This document shows, one piece after another, positions 54,201 to 64,000 of a stretch of DNA of 64,000 bases. The number at the start of each line of letters is the position of its first letter. Positions within the stretch are counted from its first letter, which is position 1. Below the pieces are notes generated by a model that was not told the origin of the DNA, ran no database searches, and was given only the letters and a program-made list of their open reading frames with translations. The stretch comes from Amoeboaphelidium protococcarum X5. Its lineage: Eukaryota > Fungi > Aphelidiomycota. Location of the stretch: contig JALDTO010000146.1 of the NCBI GenBank assembly GCA_023515725.1, positions 186,001 through 250,000 on the forward strand. Reading direction: 5' to 3'. Made by a program: the position numbers and the translations under genes.

Positions 54201-57200
54201 CTGTGATTTAGGAAATCAATGCTGTTCTGACTCTCAGTGTTGATGATATGCTCAAATGCCCTGCTTAGATAGCTTTCTGGTCTATACTTGCTTTGACTCA
54301 TCTCGATGGCGACAGGCTTCTCGGCGCTAGCGTAGATAGAACGGTTGAGCATTTGTGTAAAGTTTGTGACGTTTAAGGTGAAGAACTCTTTTCTACGGCC
54401 AATCTTAGATGGATATTTCACCAACTTGTCGCGATTGCAAGATAGACGGAACTGTAAACCCTTTAGTCATTATTCATCAACTGCTTCCATTACTTTCTTG
54501 ACAAAGCTGAATCGTATGGTATTATGAACTCTATTGATATCTATGTGCTGCCATGGCTTTATGATTTGTTTCAAAAGTGGAATTAAGATGTTGCCTTTAG
54601 TGGTTTGGGCCATGGTGCCTGTAATTTAGCTTATGAGAAAATTTAACTGTATTGTTAAGGAGAGAGTTGGAATATAAAACTAAAAAGTGCCATTTCTCTG
54701 GTGCAGAATGGTATCGACAGAACCCAATGGAACAAGCAAGAGACATCAGGTAGTAAAAGCGATTTGGACCTTTTTGTCTGCGCGCTTGCATAGTAGACAT
54801 TGTTCTCTCTGTTGCTTCTTGTGTTGAAGTAGAAGAATGTGGAGGCTGCTAGTCTGCTGTCTTGTCTCTGCTCTAATGCATCATTACGCGTTTCATTTGA
54901 AGCGGATCCTGATTTGGCGATATTCGTCTGCCCTTCTGTTAAGTACAATGTATCATCCAAGTCGTCCAAATTTGTCACCCTATTGTAAAATCTGTTTTAA
55001 ATCTGCCTCCGAGTCCTTGGGGTAGATTAATTTTTTTAGGTGCCTAAGAACGTCGATTTGGTGGTAAATATCATTCTGCTAGCATTTTTCACTTGTCATA
55101 ATGACGAAAGTTAATTTAAAGATGTGATCATGGCCTATGGTCTATGCTTTTAAAAAAATGATGATCGAATCTAGATTAAGATTCTCCTGACTGTCCTTGA
55201 GAGATTTATCAGGTTAATGTACATTATGTACCCCAATGCTAGTATTTGTTAATGTGCTACTAAAACGAAGATAAATTACTTTTATGTTGCTAAAGCATTA
55301 TAATCTTAAAAGATGTTTGAACAAGCTGTCCTATGGTTCGAGTTTTGCCATGTATTTTATGAGAGTTCAGATCTGGCTTTGGAGGGATTTCGGTAAAGTG
55401 TCAGTTGTTTGTATGATGCCAACTATTTCTCTTGCTTTTAAGATAGCTCATTCAGTATAAGCACTATCACTGATCAATTGCTCACTAATAACGACTGGCT
55501 CGCGGCATTATAGATGTCTGGAGTAGCAGGCACTGGCCTTGAAGCGGCCAAGCTGTAAAGTCTTTGTTAGTTGGGACTTTAATCTGTGGCGCTGGAATCT
55601 ATTGGTTAGTCCTCTGATTTGGACATTCAAGCTGATGTGGCGATTGAGCTTGGAAAATGGGATTTGGATGTAAAGCCTTGGAATGAGCCTCTCGACTATA
55701 CTACTTTGACCATGGCGCGATTATTGAGCCTCAAAGACTTTACTAGCGGATTGTTTGAATAACAAAGCAGCTTCATCATTGATATGGTAAAGTCCAAGTC
55801 TGTCCCTGTAGATGATTCTGATGCTATATAAAAGTAGTTTAGTATTTTACATAGCGCTCTCGGCGGCTGTGGTTTGTAAGAACTGACTGCTATGCTTCGT
55901 GATAAGAATAGTGTATTTTTTAAATAATCTCATGTGCTTAAACTTGGAGAGCTTGTTTGGAAGTAAAGTGTTATCGGCAATACTAACTTGAAATTGGATT
56001 TTATTGAGGCCAAGTGTGAGTATCTCGCGTCTCTGGATTAAGGATCTTCCTTGCTGAACGAAATAGTCTAGCTTAGAATGGACCCGGATGTTAGTTAAGA
56101 GATGATCTCGTTGTATACCGTCATGGCTTTGGATATGCTGAATTTGAAGAAGTTTGCCATATAGGAAGCTTAACAATCTATCGCCAATCTCTCAGGATCG
56201 CCACGTCATCTACACAGAATAAAGACTCTTTTAGCCGATCTGCAATATACTACCAAGTCTGCTTCCCTGTCTGATATATAAAGCCTTTACTACACTTGCA
56301 TGCAGTCAATTGGTGATAATTCTGAATCACATGCATGTCTGCTGCAGTTCAATCAATTCTGCTATCAGGAGCATCAACGATTGCTGTTAAGTCATCAGGC
56401 GGAAACGTTGTAGAGTATCTTGAAATCGTAAAAGACTCTATTGTTAAACACTCCTAGGCAATCGATGCCTTCTGCAGATGGATAGCCTACTGAAGTCGAC
56501 AAATTCTATCATAAATTGAACAAGCAACATCAGCATGATTAAATTCTTCTCGAAGAACATTTGAAGCTGCAATCTCAAATTTTGAGTGATTATGTTGACT
56601 CGACTTTGCGTCTGCTCTCCTCTGCACGTCTTAACAAGAATGGTTATCGTCTGGTTGTCTTTAGATTTCTCTCAGTATGGAATGAAATAGATGATGCGGA
56701 CTTGATGAGAAGTATTCACAAGAAGCTGGATAATGTCGTCTCCGGATATTTTGTCTCTGTTGTTAATCAACTCTGTGCAATGCTCTCATCGGAGTCGAAA
56801 TCTTCTCCTTAACTATAGAAGTCTGTTGCAAAACTGTTGCTAAAGCTCCTAAATGATCACTACTATCATTCGATGTGGCCAGTCTTGGCTTCTTATAATT
56901 CTGCTATCGATAATGGTCAGGGTGGCTCTATAGTCGATTTGATTTAGTAAATGCAAACTGATGGCAAGTCTAAATGCTTGAGTTTACTAAATGCTGGACT
57001 TCTATTTACGAAAGTTTGTGTCGATGTTGCAAATCTTCCCATTTTTAAAAGACCTTCTTAATGTACCTTGTCGTCGATTGTTACAAAAGAGGTTATCAAA
57101 AAGCTTCAAACTCTGCCCATACCTGTATAGAATGTTGCTGTCGATTACTCTCTCTAACATCGCGATGTAGATTTGTTCAACTACATAGAAAAGCAATTTT

Positions 57201-58315
57201 AACCGGTCGGCGGCTTGTCTAAGCCAAAAAAGATTTGTGTATAAGGAAATTCTGGTTTATAATACAACATTCTTCTAAAGAGGGATGCTGAACTTCGCCA
57301 AGAAGCCATATTGTAGTCCATATTCTTAGCGGTGAATGATTTGGTTCGCGCAAGGGATGACATTCCGGATAGTCTTAAATCTTTTGTCAGGACTTACAAT
57401 ATAGTTCCTCTCAATTATAATATAGGTGTCATTGAATGGTTGGATGGCACATCTGTGGTTGGCGAACATCTATCTTTGCTCCACGAAAAGTATTTCCCGT
57501 AGGATTGGAAATCTTCTAAATGTATTCAATATTTGAATGGTATTGCCGCTGGATCCAAAGTATCGTCTAGCGATATCCTTTCAGCTTATCTCGATGTTGA
57601 GCAGAAGTTCACTCCTGCAATGAAGTATCATTTCTTTGAGAAGTTGCCACTTATGAATGCAGCTGATGTATGGAGGATGCGCTTAAATTACACGAAGAGC
57701 GTAGCTAGTAATTCCATGGTCGGGTATATATTTGGTATTGGAGATCGACATCCTTTCAACATTCTCCTCGATGATAATACTGGAGAATTGATTCATATCG
57801 ATCTTGGTGTGGCTTTCAACGCCGGTGAACTGTTGAGATTTCCTGAAGTTTTACCGTTTAGACTTACTCGAGACATCATCGATGGTATGGGACTGTGCGG
57901 TGTGAATGGCCCATTTATGAACAATGCTACCAAGATGTTGGACATTCTCAGAGATGGCAGAGAGGAACTATAGTCAATGCTAGAAGTTCTTCGTATTGAT
58001 CCTCTGTACTCTTGGGCACCTCCAGTCAAAAAGAATATTATCGCGGCGGATGATGATCCATATGACTAAGAGAATCTACCCACCAGAGTCAGTAGGGGTG
58101 GACGAAGCCTGCGTTGTGATAGAAACGAGCAGTTCATATCCTTGGAATCAGTAAGAGAGAATAGCAACGTACATGCTTAACGCGTCATAACTCGAGTTAA
58201 AGATCGACTGCAAGCCCGAGACTCTGCTGATTATCTCGTACGGGATCTGATAAGGCAAGCGACCGATGTTGGCAATCTATCTAAAATGTTCCCCGGATGG
58301 CACGCTTTCATGTGA
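51203..58315 (+). CDS. TEL1: ATM/Tel1 PIKK kinase, about 2370 aa, apparently intronless
   Basis: GGLSKPK, ELRQEAI, RTYNIVPL, GIGDRHPFNILLD..IHIDLGVAF..PEVLPFRLTRD and FATC LIRQATDVGNLSKMFPGWHAFM*. Track ORFs 51509, 51830, 52235, 56561 and 57533 are all in the same frame. Confidence 0.9.
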
Positions 58316-58613
58316 TTGAACTCTGTATAAATTCATCACATGCATAAGCTCTCACACGAAACTACTTAATTTTTACAGTATCCTGAAACGAAATCAGCCG
58401 TGACTCTCTATACTTTCCTTCAAGTGAGAAGTTTCAGTCGCGTGCGTGTGTGACTCTTCTGCATTGGAAAGGAGAATGTTTCTTTCTTCGGAGCGCCTTT
58501 CAAATAAGAGGAAATCTTGCTGCGCCATCTCTTCACATCAAAGTGTCAGCAAGTCCCACATTATCAGTGACAGAAGAAGACATCTGGACGGGGGCGATCT
58601 ACAATTATTGATC

Positions 58614-61445
58614 ATGTAAGGGATCGATCTTGTGACTTTTTAATCTGAAATCCAGCAGGCTAAATAGGCAATACTTGGTAATCCTAATATTGATCATGTC
58701 ATCTTTGCCATTCAACTCACCACCCACTCCGCTGATGATAATAATAATGCTTAAAATGGAATGTAAGAACAATCATAGTAATAGTAATAGAATAACATGA
58801 GTTTAAAGTTGCGACCAGTTGGTGGTGGCCCAGGTGGACTGGCAGCTCTCAGGCGAATATTGTCCGGGAATGATATGTCATTCATCTTGGTTCGTGTAAT
58901 GGATGGTTTGAGTCAGGCCTTTAAAATTGTGTTAATTGGATGGATTGGAGAGTAGGCTTCACCGCTTCAATTAAAAGTATTCCAGCTATCTCTACCCACA
59001 ATTAGGTAGGTGTTCATGGGATATCACGCAGAGATTTTAGCGAGGAGTCTTCAAGATTTAGACATGGCTCATATAATGCGGAAATTGCATGAGCAGGCTC
59101 TCTTAAATGCTCAGAATACTTAATAAGGACAATAACTGAATATTGTTAATAACAGAGATTCCATACCTAGTAGGCCAGTATCATAATAGAGTTCACGTCC
59201 AACTATTTCTGCTTAGTCCTCTGTGCATTATCCATAATCTCCCTCCAAGTAGCTGGCATAAAAGGCGATGTTGCAAAGATAACTTAGTGCTGAGTCTTAA
59301 CCTTAAAGTTCTGCTTAATCTTAGTCCTTAAGTTTGCCTAAATCGAATCTTCTTCCATCTGATCATAACAGAGTACGTGCTGCATCTAGTGATTAGGTGT
59401 CTAGAAAGAGTTCACTCGGTACATAATAATAGCAGTAGTAATAATAACAGCAATTTGTATTAACTCCTACAGAAACTGAATAAAGTCGCGATGGCCTTCC
59501 GTAATAGCAATAGTAACAAATAGAGTCAAAGGAGGTGTAGTAAAAGCCCTAAATTGCTTAGAATGTTCTTATTAGGCCGCTGTCGACATTTGGTGGATAT
59601 GATATAGACAAGATGCTGGCCGCTATTCGAAGTGGTGGCGAATGTAACTCTAAACGGCCATTTATTATAAAGGATGATCTGGGTAAGGTGGACGTGTTTA
59701 GGCTTGTCATGATGCTGAATGCGGATTCCGCTATTGATCAGTATGAAGCTATTAGGATTCTGTTGTACCTGTCATATGATCCATATTCAGGACTCACTTT
59801 TGGTAGCTATTAAACTTTATACTCGAGTCTATTATCAGTTTTATAACGATCTCTGGATTATTATTAATCGCACGGATTTTTGAGTAATAATAGTGATGAT
59901 GATCCTAAATTCTGGACTTATATGGAGCTATTTGAGATTGACTATTAAAAGAGTATTGTGAAATTTCGATAATGTCATTAGCGTCCGGATCTTGCTTAGT
60001 TTGAGAGATTCAAATACTTTGGTCTGTCTGCTATAGTTATAATGTCTAATTTACTTCAGAATCCTGTTAATGCTGACTATATTGCTCAATCCACCGCTAT
60101 TGCTGATATATTTCTATCAATTTGCCTATGCTGTCTCCGATTATTTCCATTTAAATCATCTCATACGAGCGATAGTTAAGAGAATGAAATTGATGTAAAT
60201 CTTGCTGATGTTGTTCTATAATTCAGGAAAGAAATACTCAAGATACTCACCGTAATTGGTCATAGAATTGAAATACATAGCTGGGAATAGTTGCATCTCT
60301 TGCTTTAGATTGGAATAGACTTTCTGGTGCCTTGCGATAATGAGTTTATTGGGAGAGCTCATAATCTTTCATCTAATTCATGTTTAGGATAGGCAGCATT
60401 CGGACCATATAGTGATGACACAAAATCTCCTTACCATGCTCAGGCTCTGGAATTTTTATGCAAGGTCACCGCAGTCGCCTCCAACATTCAAATGATCGCT
60501 GATATTTTATCTGCTGATGATAATCATACATCTTCGTCACATCATCTATTAGTCTTTAAACTAGTAGATATTCTTGTAGATATGATCCCTGCTGGTAGTT
60601 TTGGACATGGAGGTCTTGGTAAGTACAAGGATTTGATAGTGATGCCTGTGGATATTTTGACTGTACTCGCCACTCTTTAAACTCTATCCCATCTTTGTCA
60701 AGTGCCGGTAGTGATCTCGCATTTGTCTACTAAATGTCCTCTTCTACTAACACTTCTCTCGAGAATGACCACTGGTATAGTTTGGACTCATAGTCCCACG
60801 TTCCTGTATGATGATGAGTCTTTGATTTAGTCAAAGCTGTACATGGGTTACCGCAACAATCTGGAGTTCACTCCAACTGATAGGGAACTGGTTATGAATT
60901 TGACCAAGCGCACTGCAATCATTGCGGGAGAGATTCTACTTGACATTGTTAAATCTGAACCATTTCGCTCTCGGCGGAGACATTCCAACAGTAGAAGTTT
61001 ATTCACTATTGATGATGGAGTCGCTGAATGTTATGGAGTTTCTCTTGATCAGCATTCTTTATTCTAGAGGTCTGAATATATTTCATAGGTGATAGTGAGC
61101 GCGTAAGATGTTGAAGACGTTGGGATTGATGAGCGGTATGAGTTTATTGACAATTGTGGTCTTGATATTGAGTGCATTGACATGGAACAAAGCTTTTTAT
61201 AACTATTACTAAGTCCGCGCATGCCTTCTGAATTGTTGAAACTCATGTCTCAAGTGTTATTGCATTTGTGTCCTCAATCTCATTCAAAATCAGCGACTAA
61301 TAGCGACCTTGAACTTGATGTACGGACTGACTCTAGGGAGTAGATGAGTAGGGATTCACAGCCTGTTTATATGGACCGTAGCCGTGATTCTAAATCGTCT
61401 TAAGCCGAGTCGTCAACTTTGACAATAAATGGTCAGTAGAATTGA
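58614..61445 (+). CDS. ADF-H (Abp1/drebrin/coactosin-like) domain + Q-rich linker + Swi1/BAF250_C-like helical domain, about 943 aa
   Basis: N-terminal MQGIDLVTFQSEIQQA..GGGPGGLAAL..KIVLIGWIGEQAS..GYHAEILARSLQDLD. C-terminal RPLSTFGGYDIDKM..DLGKVDVFRLVMML..EAIRILLYLS. TGA 61443-61445. Confidence 0.7.
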
Positions 61446-61567
61446 ATGACATTGTCTATTTTTATACATTCTAGTTTATCCCATTTGCTGCTTCCCCCCG
61501 TGACTAAGAATCATCCTTTAATTGAACGTTTATTTTTATCGAAAGATTCAAAAGCAAAGAATTGGTT

Positions 61568-64000
61568 ATGAGAATATCACATCTTATAAAGATTTTATGG
61601 CCGATAAATATTCAACTGTGTTTGAGTGTACAGTATGCAGTAAAGTTGTCGCATTAATCATCAATCACGCAGAAACTGTTTCGCCAGTGGCTGATTGATC
61701 TACCGCGAGTGCCGATCGTTTCAAAGTCTCTAGCTCTCAAAGTGGCTACTGAAGCTGGCTTTAATAATGTAGACGCTATCCATATTGGCAACCACGATGG
61801 TCTATTCATATTTGATGATACAAGGATTGATAATTCTATTGATAAATAGCGATTCAATAGCAATCTTACCATGATTGAGCAGTTGCTAACTCAGAGTCGT
61901 CATGTGGAGTGGTTTGAAAAGTAAATACCAAGGCGACGCGTCAAGAGAGAGACACTACTACCTGCGGCTGCTTTTAATGATCCTCTTTATGCTGATTAAT
62001 GGTTTCTTAATAGCGGAGTTCAGGATGGTGGTAATGTTTATGATTTTGGTGCCAGTGATTTATGGTAGCGTAATTACACTGGACTCGGAGTACAAATCGC
62101 CCTAATTGATGATGGCCTGGAGTTTAGTCATCCTGATATCGCGCCTGCTTACGACGCTATCGGAAGTTACGATTTTAACGCGCGATCTCCACTGAGGCCG
62201 CCAAAGTCAATTTTGGATAACCATGGAACGAGATGTGCAGGATAGATTGTTGGTAGGCCTAACAACTCCGTCTGCGGAGTTGGATTATCCTATGGAGCAA
62301 CCGTAGCCGGTATCAGATTGATTAGTGAAGATCCTACAGATTCTGCTGAGGGTGCAGCGCTAACTTATTAATATCAGAGAAATCACATTTATAGTAGTAG
62401 TTGGGGACCGAGTGATGATGGGCGATCCATTGATGGACCAGGTAGATTGGGATAGTTGGCTTTTGAAGAAGGTGTCACCAATGGGCGAAGTGGCCGAGGC
62501 TCGATATACGTGTTTGCTAGTGGTAATGGAGGCAACTAGAATGACATTTGCACGTATGATGGTTACGCAAACTCTATATATACTATCAGTGTCGGTGCGG
62601 TGACTCGGCAAGGTAAGTGGCCATACTATGGTGAGCGATGTGCGGCAATGTTGATATCAGCATACAGTGGCGATGGCATCATCAATGTACCGACTGTGGA
62701 CTTATCAGCGCTCTGTTAACAGCCACCATGCTGCACCAAGGATCATTTCGGAACATCTGCGGCTGCACCTTTCGTGTCGTCCCTTATAGCGATTATGCTG
62801 CAGATGAGGCCAGAGTTGAGTTGGCGCGAGATATAGCACGCATTAATCAGGTCCACCATAAAGAATGATCCTACCGATCCGGATTGGGTGTATAATGGCG
62901 CGGGCTACCATATTAATCACAAGTATGGGTTCGGTACTGTGCAGGGTGGATTACTTATAAACAGCACATTATCGCAGCCTCGACTTCCTAGTTAGTCCCT
63001 CATATCAAAATCTATGGCAGATGCACGACAGGGTCCTATCACAATTGCAGCGGGAGGAATAGTGAAAGTTGATATTTCTGTCTCATAGGAAGATTTAATG
63101 ATGGATAATAGTGGATATGGGAATATTTAGTCTATAGAGCATGTCTAACTATATATGGATATTGAGCATCCTCAGCGAGGTTAGCTATCTGTCGAATTGA
63201 TCAGTCCAAGTTAAACATCTTCGATACTGGCCATGCCTCGTCCAAATGATGATGATACCACTGGCATCCGCAAGTGGACATTTATGACTGTTCGCAATTG
63301 GGGAGAAAGCCCGCAAGGTATATGGATCATAATAATATAAGATCACCGACCGGGACATTCGGGAGATTATTAGGCGGGAAGACTTTTAGACTATAAGTTG
63401 ACTGTACGTGGAATAGCTTGCAAGTCGTCGGAATATAAGATAATAGATGCAGATGGACGCGTTGAATGCCCATGGGAAACCATACATAGAGTGCAGTCGT
63501 AGTATAATTAGCGCATCTTCATCGCTGGCATAACAATAGGCACCATTGTGTCATTAGCACTAGTCGGAGCATTGCTTTATACATTTATCATCAGACGCAG
63601 GCAGAGGAGAACTAATGGACCATAGAAAGGTAGGAATCCTAGTCTATTGTTGTAATTGCCTTCTCTAAAGTACCAGAGAATAGGAAATGCTAATCCGGAA
63701 TTCGAACTGACAGATATCATGTCGCCTGCAGATAGCGTCCCTCTGAATAGATCTCAACTACCACCTAAAACACCAGTGGTGGATATATCCCCTACAAAAC
63801 AGTTCCCCATAGTGGCTGCAGGACGTCCGCGTACTCCAACAATGACGCGCATCAGCTCGGTTAAATAGTTGCAGGTCAGCACTAATTTGGATCCATAATC
63901 ATTATAAAATTCCATGGTAAGTCCTGCTCCATTTAGTCTATCTCAAAAGTCTCAATCGTTGCCTCGACTGGCAATCTCAACTGCCAGCTTAGAATCTTCG
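61568..64000 (+). CDS. KEX2: Kexin/furin-like proprotein convertase (S8B + P domain + TM); 3' partial
   Basis: Signal peptide, RRRVKR cleavage site, IDDGLE, HGTRCAG, SSWGPSDDG, ASGNGG, GTSAAAP, P-domain WTFMTVRNWGE and a TM segment. Runs off the window. Confidence 0.9.

Noticed and set aside
61568-61571. ATGA stop/start overlap between the ADF-H fusion gene and kexin
   Set aside because: The upstream frame already stops at TGA 61443-61445.

Overview
Gene-dense, intron-poor eukaryotic (fungus-related) nuclear DNA that uses a non-standard genetic code. TAA/TAG are read as Gln and TGA is the only stop, so the supplied standard-code ORF track fragments nearly every gene. This code plus fungal-type genes best fits an aphelid such as Amoeboaphelidium protococcarum (inference). 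Re-translated by hand, the window has about 30 genes. These include a cNMP/F-box/LRR protein, an SBBP beta-propeller membrane protein, JMJD7, TDP2-like, a hybrid histidine kinase, GPC1, PSD1, TRM2, PSR1-like phosphatase, pyruvate kinase, HBS1, FKBP12, MPS1, Arp9-like, METTL25-like, TMEM135, a GH47 mannosidase, RPP30, TEL1/ATM, an ADF-H/SWI1-like fusion and kexin. A decaying accessory island (about 8.2-15.3 kb) holds a broken DUF6729-type transposase with an inserted 3'-5' exonuclease, three LURP-one/tubby-C paralogs and a signal-peptide-bearing kinase remnant. A box C/D snoRNA sits in the RPP30 intron. All coordinates and family calls come from manual translation and motif recall; no database search was run.
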